A stretch of DNA of 64,000 nucleotides, taken from Desulfobacteraceae bacterium. GTDB taxonomy: Bacteria > Desulfobacterota > Syntrophobacteria > Syntrophobacterales > Syntrophobacteraceae. Location: positions 86 through 64,085 of the forward strand of contig JAJFUA010000443.1 of the NCBI GenBank assembly GCA_021372635.1, written 5' to 3'. Both the position numbers and the translations under genes were made by a program. Shown here one piece after another: positions 26,389 through 36,032 of this stretch; within the stretch, counting starts at the first letter, position 1; the number at the start of each line of letters is the position of its first letter. Under the pieces are notes generated by a model. The model made no database searches, was not told the DNA's origin, and worked only from the letters and a program-made list of their open reading frames with translations.

Positions 26389-28932
26389 ATGCGAACGAAT
26401 CGCCTTTCACGACTCCGGTTTCGACTCGGAGTGCTCATGCTTCTGGCCTTTGTGCCGATGGCTGCTCTGACGGTCTACACGGATCTCGAAGAACGGGACA
26501 TGGTCATATCCTACGTGGAAGGGGACGTGCAGCAGATCGCTCAATTTGCCTCCGGAACCCAGGAACAGTTGATCGACGGCGCGCGGCAACTGCTCGTGGC
26601 TCTCGCCAAATACCCGGAAGTCCAGGAGGCGAATACGGAATCCTGCAACGTGCATTTTGCAGGAATGATGGAGGAATATCCGCGCTACGCCAACCTGGGA
26701 GTCATCCGCCGCGATGGCGTTTTGGTCTGCGCCGCTGTCCCGGTGCCCGATCCGGTCAACTTCCGGGAACAGTCCTGGTTCCTGCGGGCATGGGAGAAAA
26801 AGGACCTTGCCATAGGCGCAGGCCCGATCAACAGGAACGGCCAGCCTACATTGAACCTTGCATACCCGGTGCTTGACGCCTCAAACGAAATGCAGGGGGT
26901 GGTCTTTGCCGCAATCGATCTTGACGAACTGAACCAGGTCACCGGGGAGGTACAGCTTCCCGAAAAGGCCGAATTCTTCATGATCGCTCACAGCGGTATG
27001 ATCCTGGCCTATCTCCCCGATCCGGACAAATGGGTGGGAAAGGTCTTGCAGGAAAGCAAGATTGTAAAATCCATACTGTCCAAGGGAGCGGATGTATCGG
27101 AATTCAAAGGGCTCGACGGCGTCAGCCGCCTCTACGCCTTCACGCCTGTGCGGAGCACCGTGTATACCGGCCTGTCCATCTGCTTCGGCATTCCCACATC
27201 GCTGGCCTACAGCGAAGCCAACGCCGTGCTGTTCGACCACATGATGCTCCTGGGATGCGTCGCCGCCCTTGCATTGCTCGCCATGTGGTACGGGAGCGAA
27301 ATATTCATTCTCCGTAGGGTGAATGCACTCGTAGCCGCGGCGCAAAAGCTTTCGGGCGGGGACATGAAGGCGAGAACGGGGTTGATATACGGATCGGGCG
27401 AACTCGACCAGCTTGCCCGCACTTTTGACGAAATGGCGGAAGCTCTCGACCGGCGCGCCGCGCTTCTTTATCGTGCGGAAGCGAAATACCGCACCCTCGT
27501 GGAACAGGTGCCCGTAATCACCTACGCAACGAGACTCGACGATGCGCGGGCCACTCTCTATGTCAGTCCCCAAGTGCAGGAGCTTCTGGGATATACTCCG
27601 GAAGAGTGCATGGACGATCCGGAATTCTGGATCAAGCACATTCACCCGGACGATCTCGGGAATGTTAAGGCCGCGCTCTTCAAAACCCGCTCCCAGGGCG
27701 AGGCGTTCCGCTGCGAATACCGGATCTTCTCCAGGGCGAGACGCCTCCTGTGGTTCAGCGACGCCGCCGTGGCCGTCCAGGATGAAGAGGGAGACGAACA
27801 GCATCTGCAGGGAATCATGAAGGACGTCACGGAACACCGTCAGGCCGAGGAAGCCCTGCGCGAAAGCGAAGAACGCTTCCGACTGCTGGTGGAATGTGTC
27901 AGGGACTACGCAATATTCATGTTGGACACGAGCGGATGCGTGGAAAGCTGGAACAGCGGCGCGGAAAGGATCAAGGGGTACAAGGCCGACGAAATCATCG
28001 GGCGGAACTATTGTCTGTTTCATACCCCCGAAGACGTGCAGCGGGGTGCGCCTGCGCATGAACTCGAGCATGCATCGGCCAACGGCCGGTTCGAGAATGA
28101 AGGATGGCGGGTTCGCAAAGACGGTTCCCGTTTCTGGGCTAACGTCATCATCACCGCCCTTCACGACGATGCGGGGGCTACCGTGGGCTATTCGATGATC
28201 ACGCGGGATCTCACGGAACACAAGCGAGCCCAGGAACAGCTCATGATTTACCAGGAACAGCTGCGGTCCCTGGCTTCGCAGCTTGCCCTCGTCGAAGAAC
28301 GGGAAAGGCGGCGGATTGCCGTGGACCTGCACGACAGGGTGGGGCAGGCGCTCGCGATGTCCAAGATCAGGCTGGGAGTTCTGAAGGAATCCGCCTCCAC
28401 CGATGAGCAGGCATCCTCGATTGAAGAAGTGCGCAAGATGATCGAGCAGGCCATCCAGGATACAAGGTCCCTGATCTTCAAGATCAGTTCTCCCATTCTG
28501 TATGAACTCGGGTTCGAAGCGGCTCTGGAATGGCTGGCCGAACAACTGCAAAAGGAGCATGGGATCGAAGCGTCATTCCTGGACGACGGTACCCACAAAC
28601 CGCTGGATGAGGATATAAAAGTGCTGCTCTTCCAGGCTGCGAGTGAACTGCTGGTGAACGTCGCCAAACATTCGGGGGCGAAACACGTCAGCGTATCGGC
28701 CAGGAAGGAAGGCGGGCAGATCCATGTCTGCATAGAAGACGACGGCATCGGCTTCGATGTTTCGGGGCTCGGTTCTCATTCGGCCAAGACTTATGGTTTC
28801 GGTCTTTTCAGCATCCGGGAACGGCTGAGACATGTGAGCGGGCGCCTGGAAGTCCGCTCGAAACCGGGAGATGGCACCAGGATTGCCATCGTCGCGCCTC
28901 TCAGTTTCTCGGCCGTCGCCGCACAGGCGTAG
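26389..28932 (+). CDS. Sensor histidine kinase: TM, Cache-like periplasmic domain, TM, HAMP, two PAS domains, HisKA_3, HATPase
   Basis: Two TM helices flank a periplasmic region of about 270 aa. HAMP and two PAS repeats follow, then the H-box DLHDRVGQALA (NarX/DegS type) and the ATPase G-boxes. ATG 26389 is preferred over the TTG at 26371. Confidence 0.9.
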   Translation: MRTNRLSRLRFRLGVLMLLAFVPMAALTVYTDLEERDMVISYVEGDVQQIAQFASGTQEQLIDGARQLLVALAKYPEVQEANTESCNVHFAGMMEEYPRYANLGVIRRDGVLVCAAVPVPDPVNFREQSWFLRAWEKKDLAIGAGPINRNGQPTLNLAYPVLDASNEMQGVVFAAIDLDELNQVTGEVQLPEKAEFFMIAHSGMILAYLPDPDKWVGKVLQESKIVKSILSKGADVSEFKGLDGVSRLYAFTPVRSTVYTGLSICFGIPTSLAYSEANAVLFDHMMLLGCVAALALLAMWYGSEIFILRRVNALVAAAQKLSGGDMKARTGLIYGSGELDQLARTFDEMAEALDRRAALLYRAEAKYRTLVEQVPVITYATRLDDARATLYVSPQVQELLGYTPEECMDDPEFWIKHIHPDDLGNVKAALFKTRSQGEAFRCEYRIFSRARRLLWFSDAAVAVQDEEGDEQHLQGIMKDVTEHRQAEEALRESEERFRLLVECVRDYAIFMLDTSGCVESWNSGAERIKGYKADEIIGRNYCLFHTPEDVQRGAPAHELEHASANGRFENEGWRVRKDGSRFWANVIITALHDDAGATVGYSMITRDLTEHKRAQEQLMIYQEQLRSLASQLALVEERERRRIAVDLHDRVGQALAMSKIRLGVLKESASTDEQASSIEEVRKMIEQAIQDTRSLIFKISSPILYELGFEAALEWLAEQLQKEHGIEASFLDDGTHKPLDEDIKVLLFQAASELLVNVAKHSGAKHVSVSARKEGGQIHVCIEDDGIGFDVSGLGSHSAKTYGFGLFSIRERLRHVSGRLEVRSKPGDGTRIAIVAPLSFSAVAAQA

Positions 28933-29001
28933 AAGCGCGGCGCCCGGATTTTGGATCGTCATACATTTGCCCCGGCAAAATCAGCCAAATCGACATGAAA
29001 A

Positions 29002-29019
29002 ATCAGGAGATTTCCTGAT
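29002..29019. promoter_or_regulatory. Perfect inverted repeat ATCAGGA-N4-TCCTGAT upstream of the small secreted protein and response-regulator genes
   Basis: The repeat is read directly from the sequence. Its role as an operator for the NarL-type regulator is inference only. Confidence 0.2.
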
Positions 29020-29182
29020 GGTCATTGCAGGCTTCATCGTGTAATAGAATATGGAATGCGTAAGCGTCCGTATTGCTACATCGATTTCGTTCCACGGGCC
29101 GGTTGCCGGGGATGCTCGTATATTTCTTGCGTTGCACCAATCCACTGCGCTTTTGGGTTGTGTTCCTATGGAGGCGGTTGGC

Positions 29183-29503
29183 ATGACGAAGAAGAACCGG
29201 ATGGTACGATTATCACTGTTTTTCATGGTATTCTCCCTCTTGTCGGTCTGGGGGAATATCGGCAGCAGCGCCTGTGCAAAATCCGCAAAGATGGAAGCAA
29301 GGCATTCCACGGTTATGGGCAGGCTGGTGCAGGTTGGCCCGGATTTTGTGGTGAAGAGCGGCAAAACCAGCTATATGGTGACGGGCCAGGATTTTACGAA
29401 TTTTGTGGGAAAGAAGGTAAAGGTCCGGGGTACCGTAAAACGCGGCGAGAAGGGAAACGTCCTGGAAGTGACGAAAATCGAAGAGTTCAAAAGGAAGAAA
29501 TAG
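29183..29503 (+). CDS. Small secreted protein (106 aa) with a possible OB-fold-like beta domain
   Basis: It has a signal peptide (MTKKNRMVRLSLFFMVFSLLSVWGNIGSSACA) and a beta-rich, Lys-rich C-terminal part. GGAGG precedes ATG 29183. It lies between the kinase and the regulator. Confidence 0.55.
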   Translation: MTKKNRMVRLSLFFMVFSLLSVWGNIGSSACAKSAKMEARHSTVMGRLVQVGPDFVVKSGKTSYMVTGQDFTNFVGKKVKVRGTVKRGEKGNVLEVTKIEEFKRKK

Positions 29504-29554
29504 AGGGCGTTTTGCAGGTTTCTCCGGAATGCTTATCGTTGGTTGCGAAGGGTT

Positions 29555-30208
29555 ATGAATATTAAAATATTGCTTGCCGATGACCATAAGATCGTTCGAG
29601 ACGGCTTACGTGTCCTTTTGGAAAAGGAGGAGGGCATGGAGGTCGTGGCCGAGGCCGAGGACGGGAGGACCACCGTTCGGTTGGCCCGCGAACTGCTGCC
29701 CGATGTGATCATCATGGATATCGGCATGCCGCATCTGAACGGAATCGATGCAACGCGGCAAATTCTCTCAGAGTTGCCGAATGTGAAGATCATCGCTCTT
29801 TCCATGCATTCCGACAGGCGCTTTGTGGCGCAGATGTTCAAATCCGGTGCATCCGGTTATCTCCTGAAGGATTGTGCCTTTGAAGAACTCTCGAGGGCGC
29901 TTCGCTCCGTGCTCTCCAACCAGATCTACCTCAGTCCCGCCATAGCGGGTCCCGTTATGGAAGACTACGTGCGGCATCTCTCCAAGGGAGACCCGTCGAG
30001 TTTTTCCGTCTTGACCGCACGGGAACGGGAGATCGTTCAACTCTTGGCGGAAGGCATGACGACCAAGCAGATTGCCGCCTCTCTTCACGTCAGCATCAAG
30101 ACCGTAGAGACCCACAGGCAGCAGATCATGAACAAACTGAACATACACAGCATGGCCGATCTGATCAAGTTCGCCATCCGGGAAGGGCTGACCTCTCTCG
30201 ACTCGTGA
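29555..30208 (+). CDS. NarL/FixJ-family response regulator (REC + LuxR-type HTH)
   Basis: The receiver domain has ILLADDH and IIMDIGMP. The HTH is LTAREREIVQLLAEGMTTKQIAASLHVSIKTVETHR. Confidence 0.9.
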   Translation: MNIKILLADDHKIVRDGLRVLLEKEEGMEVVAEAEDGRTTVRLARELLPDVIIMDIGMPHLNGIDATRQILSELPNVKIIALSMHSDRRFVAQMFKSGASGYLLKDCAFEELSRALRSVLSNQIYLSPAIAGPVMEDYVRHLSKGDPSSFSVLTAREREIVQLLAEGMTTKQIAASLHVSIKTVETHRQQIMNKLNIHSMADLIKFAIREGLTSLDS

Positions 30209-30466
30209 ACGGCGCGGTATTTCTCTCAAACCACCCCGTCCATTCTTCCGATTTGCGATCCCGCCACAATTCGACAAGGGACCTTCGCAATCCTGAAGCT
30301 GCGGACTTTTGTGCAAACTAAAGCCTTCGCGGGAAAGGCATAGAGGCACATGGCGAAAAAGCAGGACAAGGACACGGGACGGAAAGGGATTGGCGCGATC
30401 GGCGGAATACTTGGAGGTCTTGCGGAACTCGGTGAAAGACTGGGTGAACTGGCGGTGTCGGGCGAT

Positions 30467-31540
30467 TCAGCAGGGCCAATGAGCCTTGATCGTGGTTCCG
30501 CCTCCGTTGCCCGAATCGATGGTCAGGGATCCGCCGGACAGTTCGGCACGTTCTTGCATACTGGCGAGACCTAGTCCCCGTTTGGGATTTGCCACCGAGA
30601 GGGCCTCCTCGGGATCGAAACCGATGCCATTGTCCCGAATGGTCAGCATGAGGGAGCCTTCCGATCTCTCGAGGGTGAGCCATACGGTATCGGCGCTGCT
30701 GAACTTGGCTGTATTGTCGAGAGCCTCCTGCATAATCCTGTATATAACAAGTTTCAGCGGTTCGGGGACATCGCTTTCCTTTATCTTCCCGGTATCGAGC
30801 GAGATTTCGATGTTGTCATGCAATCGGTGGAACTCGCGGCAAAACCATCCGATCGTGGCCAGGATCCCCAGGTCGTCCAGCAGTGAGGGACGAAGATGAG
30901 TGTAGATCCGCCGAACCTCCTCGATGGCATGCTGCAAGGTCGGGATGAGTGGTTGGAGCGTTTTCGAGATGGGCGTATCCGATTCCATGTGATTGAGCGC
31001 ATTTTCGATGCTGAATTTGACTGCCGTGAGGATTTGTCCCAAATCGTCATGCAGTTCGCTGGCGACTCTCTTCCTTTCGCTTTCCTGGTACTTCAGAAGC
31101 TGTGAAGACAAAAGCCGGAGCTGTTTTTCCGACGCGCGCAGAGCATCTTCCGCTCGGCGCCTTTCAATGGAATAACGAATGGAACGTTCCAGGAGAGGGG
31201 GGTTGATCTGCCCCTTGACCAGGTAATCGGAGGCTCCCGATTTCATGGCTTCCAGGTCGACGCTGTAATCACCCTGGCCGGTGAGAAGAATGACGGGGAT
31301 GCGGCATCCCTGCTCGATCATCCTGTGGAGCAATTCCAAACCGTTATGGGAACCCAGTCGATAGTCGAGAAGACAGATGTCGTAGGAGTCCCGGTCGATT
31401 TCTTCCAGGCCGCTTTCGTAACTCGGCGCCCATTCGATTTCGTAAGAGGTTGAAGAAATTTCGGACAGCAGACTGGAAACCAGGATGTAGTCGTCCTGAT
31501 CGTCTTCGATGAGCAGGACCCTGAGCGGGCGTGTTTGCAT
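30467..31540 (-). CDS. Receiver-histidine kinase hybrid (REC + HisKA_3 + HATPase)
   Basis: The N-terminal REC has VLLIEDD and ICLLDYRLG. A coiled coil follows, then the H-box ELHDDLGQILTA and an ATPase domain. Confidence 0.85.
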   Translation of the reverse strand: MQTRPLRVLLIEDDQDDYILVSSLLSEISSTSYEIEWAPSYESGLEEIDRDSYDICLLDYRLGSHNGLELLHRMIEQGCRIPVILLTGQGDYSVDLEAMKSGASDYLVKGQINPPLLERSIRYSIERRRAEDALRASEKQLRLLSSQLLKYQESERKRVASELHDDLGQILTAVKFSIENALNHMESDTPISKTLQPLIPTLQHAIEEVRRIYTHLRPSLLDDLGILATIGWFCREFHRLHDNIEISLDTGKIKESDVPEPLKLVIYRIMQEALDNTAKFSSADTVWLTLERSEGSLMLTIRDNGIGFDPEEALSVANPKRGLGLASMQERAELSGGSLTIDSGNGGGTTIKAHWPC

Positions 31541-31541
31541 C

Positions 31542-32003
31542 TCACGCCTCCCTGGCTTCCGAAGGAAGTTCCACGATCTCGAACCAGTACTTTCCCAGGG
31601 ATTTCATCACGTCGGCCAACCCCTCGAAAGTGACGGGCTTGGTAATGAACGAGTTCGCGCCCGCCTTGTAACTCCGGCAGATGTCTTCCTCCTCATTCGA
31701 AGTGGTCAGGATAACGACGGGTATGCTCCGGAGGCTCCGGTCCGCCTTGATTTCCCGCAGGGCCTCGCGCCCGTCTTTCCTGGGCATGTTCAGATCGAGA
31801 AGAATGAGGGACGGTCTCGGGTAACTGTTCCCTTCGGTATAGGCGCCGCGGTGGTGTAGAAAATCGAGCAGTTTGTCGCCGTCGTCGACAAAGTACAGAT
31901 CTCCGGCAAGATGAAGTTCTTCAAATACGTCTTTTACCAGCATGCAGTCGTCCTGATCGTCGTCAGCCATGAGGATCACAATCGGTTTCGATCGAACCTT
32001 CAT
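31542..32003 (-). CDS. Single-domain CheY-like response regulator
   Basis: It has ILMADDDQDD, LILLDLNMPRKDG and FITKP. ATG 32003 is preceded by GAGGAGG. Its stop is 1 nt from the next gene's ATG. Confidence 0.85.
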   Translation of the reverse strand: MKVRSKPIVILMADDDQDDCMLVKDVFEELHLAGDLYFVDDGDKLLDFLHHRGAYTEGNSYPRPSLILLDLNMPRKDGREALREIKADRSLRSIPVVILTTSNEEEDICRSYKAGANSFITKPVTFEGLADVMKSLGKYWFEIVELPSEAREA

Positions 32004-32253
32004 TACAAGTCGCCTCCTCGGGTCTTTCCATTTCACCGGCAGAGCGGGGGTAGCGTTTGGGAATTCGGCATGCCGGTCATGCACGACGGCCGATACCGGG
32101 GACCGCGAAACGCCGACAGCGGGTTTCAGGCAAATCGACAGTCGCATAATAAAAAAACTATATCACACCAATGAAGGCGCTGGAAGGAACAGACCGCAAT
32201 ATCATGCCCGTATGATGAATATAGGACGGCGGGGTAAAATCGCAAGGCATCCG

Positions 32254-32640
32254 TCAGGGTGCAGAATGGCCGCCCTGGGCCGGGCCTGATTCATTCATTT
32301 GCAAGCAGACTGTCGAAAGCCTGCCCGCGAGGAAACACTTCTGCGAACTCAGAGATTCACCCGTCAGTATATCTTTCCACCGGTCGGGTGAACCGTCCGG
32401 AAAGATGAGGGCCGTATCGTGCCAGGCGCCTTCGCCAAGGGGTATCCGCTTTGCCGCGCGAGCGAACCGGCGCTCCAGGTATTCCTTCCTGGCGGCATAA
32501 TCCACCGGGCGCCTGTTGTGCTGGCCCACCATGCTCAGTTCCCAGAGTTCCGTCCCCTGGTAGAAGTCGGGTGTTCCGCAGGTATCTATCTACTTTGCCA
32601 GCTGGTCACCCATCCAACAAGGATACAGACGAACTTCGAT
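32254..32640 (-). pseudogene. Decayed 3' remnant of a malto-oligosyltrehalose synthase (TreY)-like gene
   Basis: The minus-strand translation reads ...[35 protein letters not shown]...GAWHDTALIFPDG..RWKDILTGE. The [12 protein letters not shown]...NRRPVD block and the C-terminal W.DT....P.G.W.D.LTG block are TreY C-terminal signatures as I recall them. The remnant has an in-frame TAG, lacks the whole N-terminal catalytic part and seems to have an internal deletion. Confidence 0.5.
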
Positions 32641-32835
32641 GAAATAAATGGGATAAATGTTTAGAATAACCTTAAAATTAAGGTGCTTACACTAGAATTC
32701 GCCGTTGGGGCCGCAGTCTCTGTGGTATTACATGAAATATCCGTGGCGTATGGAATTCCGAAGCAAACGAGCATTTGATTAAAACGAAAATTGGGTAATA
32801 ATAGGTGAACACGGAACGGGTGTTGCCGCTATGCC

Positions 32836-33633
32836 ATGCCCGGGAGATTCGGTTATTTTGAAAGGAGAATTTTGCATTTGGAAATCGAAGAAGTACCGAG
32901 GAGTTTTCTCTGTGCCGCCAGCTATAATGTTCATAGGTGCGTGGGGCTGGACCGGCGTTTCGACCCGGACCGTATCGCGCGGGTGATCGGCGAAATCGAT
33001 GCGGACATCATCGGGCTGCAGGAAATCGATTCCAGGTTCTATCAGAATGGAGAGCACGGACACGTAGATTACCTGGCGAAGGCGACCGGACTCAATGCGA
33101 TCATGGGCCCGACGCTTCGAAAAAGCGGCGGCCGTTACGGCAACGGGCTTTTCACCAAGCACGACATACGGGATGTCCGCAGAATCGACCTGAGCGTTCC
33201 GGGCAGGCAGCCGCGGGGGGCGATCGATGTGGAACTCGATGTGAACGGGGAATCGGTGCGCGTTGTGGTGGCCCATCTCGGCCTGGGGCTTCGCGAAAGG
33301 CGCCGGCAGGTGAAGCGCTTGTGCGAAGTGTTTTGCTCGGACCAAAAGAGTCAAATTCAGATCGTGCTTGGCGATTTCAACGAATGGATGCCGAAGGGAA
33401 AGCCTCTTTGCTGGATCCACGATCATTTTGGAAAGCCTCCCGCACGCCTCACTTTCCCGTCGGTCTTTCCGCTCCTTGCCCTCGACCGGATCTGGATACG
33501 GCCCCTAGAAGCCCTTGTCAGCATGCGCGCGCACGTAACCGCCGAGAGCCGGATCGCATCCGATCACCTTCCGGTGAAGGCTTACATCGATACTTCACAG
33601 GTGTTGCCGGCCAATCAGGCGTGCTGCGGCTGA
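32836..33633 (+). CDS. Endonuclease/exonuclease/phosphatase (EEP) family protein
   Basis: It has SYNVHRCVG, IIGLQEID, VLGDFNEW and the C-terminal ASDHLPV. The true start may be a TTG just after AAGGAG at about 32862. Confidence 0.8.
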   Translation: MPGRFGYFERRILHLEIEEVPRSFLCAASYNVHRCVGLDRRFDPDRIARVIGEIDADIIGLQEIDSRFYQNGEHGHVDYLAKATGLNAIMGPTLRKSGGRYGNGLFTKHDIRDVRRIDLSVPGRQPRGAIDVELDVNGESVRVVVAHLGLGLRERRRQVKRLCEVFCSDQKSQIQIVLGDFNEWMPKGKPLCWIHDHFGKPPARLTFPSVFPLLALDRIWIRPLEALVSMRAHVTAESRIASDHLPVKAYIDTSQVLPANQACCG

Positions 33634-33655
33634 GCGAGAGAATTACCCCACCTGC

Positions 33656-33698
33656 GGAACCGGCCGTGCCGTCTATCCAGGGCCGCACAGCCGGTTCC
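33656..33698. terminator. Hairpin between the convergent EEP and methyltransferase genes
   Basis: GGAACCGGC (33656-33664) pairs with GCCGGTTCC (33690-33698). Additional inner pairing GTGC/GCAC is possible. Confidence 0.4.
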
Positions 33699-33711
33699 AT
33701 TCCTTACTGGA

Positions 33712-34362
33712 TCACGGTTGTTTCCCCGCCAGAACCAGAGCGGTAGCCCCCCAATGAAATGCGCTTCTCCTCATGGGTGACAGGTTGTGTTTGCGCAACA
33801 GGGCATCCAGCGCCCCGGATTTCATAAAGGATCGGAAATGAGCGTAATGCTCGGAGCCTGCAAACCATTCCGCGATCGACAAGAAAGCGAGCGAGAGTTT
33901 TCCACATGTGCTGGCGGGTGCTGTGTAATCCACGATCATGAGCATCCCGCCTTTCTGTAAGACGCGAAGTGCCTCCCGGACAATCGCATCGCGCACGTCG
34001 GGAGCCTTTTCGTGAAGAGCAAGCGAAATCAGGATGGCATCGAAGGATTCTTCGCTGAAATGAAGCCTTGAAGCGTCTTCCTCATAATAGCACACCAGTC
34101 CCGAACTCTTTGCCCGCGCAGTGGCAAGCATTGCAGGCGACAGATCGATGCCCGTTGCGGAAAGCCCGAGCCGGGCAAGCATCTCGCACTGCTCGCCGGT
34201 TCCGCAGCAAATATCCAGGAAACTCCCGTATCCTTGCGAAAGGACAACTTTGCAGATTTCCCTGCGGATCGGCCGCAAAAAAGGACCGACGACCGAATCG
34301 TACGTCCGCGCTATGTGTGAGTATGGGTCTTGTTGAGGGAACAACCGCATCTTTGCAATCAC
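33712..34362 (-). CDS. Class I SAM-dependent methyltransferase
   Basis: Motif I is FLDICCGTGEQ, the post-I motif is GIDLSPAML, and the remainder follows a Methyltransf_11-like layout. Confidence 0.85.
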   Translation of the reverse strand: MIAKMRLFPQQDPYSHIARTYDSVVGPFLRPIRREICKVVLSQGYGSFLDICCGTGEQCEMLARLGLSATGIDLSPAMLATARAKSSGLVCYYEEDASRLHFSEESFDAILISLALHEKAPDVRDAIVREALRVLQKGGMLMIVDYTAPASTCGKLSLAFLSIAEWFAGSEHYAHFRSFMKSGALDALLRKHNLSPMRRSAFHWGATALVLAGKQP

Positions 34363-34981
34363 TCCAACCCGGTGGCATGAAAAAGCAGTAAAGTGATTCC
34401 CTTGAATCGCTCCAGATTTTCGTAATGCTACAGTATACAGTCTAAACCTAAATCAGGGAAAGGTTCCTGTCATGCCGACTGGTGGAATTCATCCGGGTGG
34501 GCGAACCGGCCGAACGCATTTGCGCGCGAAGCAAAGCGCGTGGAACCTGACGTTTCTCGTTTCAACCGAGCCAGCCTTGGGAGAAATGGTTACGACAGAA
34601 TCGGCGGATCTTTGGATCCGCCCCCGGGTGGACATTGACTTTGCTTCATGTGGAAAAATGAGCGAAAGCGGATGGGTATCCGCGGGGCCTTTCCAGTGAA
34701 GTCAGTAAACTGTTTTCATGAGAATGGCACCCGGCGTTGCGAAGGACGGGAAACGGAGGAGATACGGACATTGGGAATTGAAAATCGGAACCTTCGGGAT
34801 GCGTTATAGAATCAGGCAGGGTAATCTGACGGAACAGGAACCAATAGATATGCGCAGGCCCTTTCGCTGCGGTGACGTTCCGCAGCGCAGGGAAAAGACG
34901 GCGGGAGAGATCTCGAAAAGAGCGGCGTGCAGTGGACAGGGCGAGGCGGATGACGCCTGGACGTCCGTACACCCCGGGAGA

Positions 34982-35323
34982 TCACAGGTCGTCGGCAAGT
35001 TCGTCGCGCTTTCTCTGTGAATCTTCCAGAAGGATCACACGCTGATCGAGGATTTCGACGCGGGCCTTCAATTCCTCGAATTCCTTCCTCGTGACGATGT
35101 TTGCGTTTTCGGTCCATTTCTTGAGCGTTTCGGCGATCCGGCTGTTGATTTCATCCCATTGACGCTCCCCGCTCTGGATCAACTCCTCCGCCATCTTCTC
35201 GGCTTCCTCGGTGCTCATTTTGCCTTCTTCGACCATCCGGTGCGCAATTTCCTGTACCTTCTCGGTCGTAAGCACTATGGCTCCTATGCCGGCAAGCAGA
35301 CCTTTCCTGAAGAGATCGAACAT
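34982..35323 (-). CDS. Phasin-like protein (COG3937-type PHA synthesis regulator/phasin)
   Basis: MFDLFRKGLLAGIGAIVLTTEKVQEI....EEG.MS.EEA....EEL and a C-terminal TRKEFEELKARVEILDQRV match the family pattern as I remember it. Confidence 0.65.
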   Translation of the reverse strand: MFDLFRKGLLAGIGAIVLTTEKVQEIAHRMVEEGKMSTEEAEKMAEELIQSGERQWDEINSRIAETLKKWTENANIVTRKEFEELKARVEILDQRVILLEDSQRKRDELADDL

Positions 35324-35665
35324 TTCTATGCAACTCCTTTACTGGGTGTGAGAAGAGAGCAATGCGCCGTTTGGCGGCATCTTTCGACGACGGCGCCATA
35401 GCCCGCCACGCGGCGTTCTCCGGAGAGATGCCGTTACCTGACAAGATAGCAACCGGGTGATTATAAAGCAACTATCATCACTGTTACGGTCCTGGATCGG
35501 GATATTGCGAGAATACTGTTCTACCCGCATCGCCTGTTGAGCATTGACGACTCGCGGCAAGTCGTGGCATCTCTTCCGGTGGAGAGATGCCGATCGTGTT
35601 CCGGGCGCGGTTCAGGCCGGCCCGGCGGAAGGCATTTCCCTCGTAGAGGAGGAGGTGCAGCGCCG

Positions 35666-35953
35666 ATGCAAACTATTCGACAGCAAATCGTGGAGAAGAT
35701 TTCCGAGGAAGCACTGAATGCACTGGAATTGTCGAAGTTGCTGCGCATCAGGGAAAAGGAAGTTTGCGAGCACCTGGATCATATTCGCCGTTCGCAGTCT
35801 GCAAAAGGAAGAAAGTTGATCGTCATACCGGCCATGTGCCTGGAGTGCGGCTATGAATTCGAGAGCAGAGGGAAACCCGGGAAGCCGGGCCGATGCCCTC
35901 GTTGCAGGAAGGAGCACATCCAGGACCCCAGGTATAGAATCGTCAATTATTGA
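35666..35953 (+). CDS. Small HTH + zinc-ribbon transcriptional regulator (95 aa)
   Basis: The N-terminal part is winged-helix-like (ALELSKLLRIREKEVCEHLDHI). The C-terminal part has CLECGYEF....CPRCR. GGAGGAGG precedes ATG 35666. Confidence 0.6.
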   Translation: MQTIRQQIVEKISEEALNALELSKLLRIREKEVCEHLDHIRRSQSAKGRKLIVIPAMCLECGYEFESRGKPGKPGRCPRCRKEHIQDPRYRIVNY

Positions 35954-36032
35954 AAAATAAAAGGCGGGAGTCCCGGAAATTGAGTGGGCTTTTCGCCAAG
36001 GCTTTAATTTTACAGATAGAAGGCAGGTGCAG

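Noticed and set aside
30350-30574. A 74-aa ORF (MAKKQDKDTGRKGIGAIGGILGGLAELGERLGELAV...) with a plausible RBS.
   Set aside because: Its last ~108 nt run antisense into the 3' end of the REC-kinase gene. Only the first ~35 residues look protein-like, vaguely like the N-terminus of some Hsp20-type proteins. At best it is a truncated remnant, which is not enough to call a gene.
34472-35020. Track ORFs 34472..34699(+) and 34718..35020(+) in the 620-bp gap.
   Set aside because: They have no RBS and Gly/Arg-rich, improbable translations. The second runs into the phasin-like gene on the other strand.
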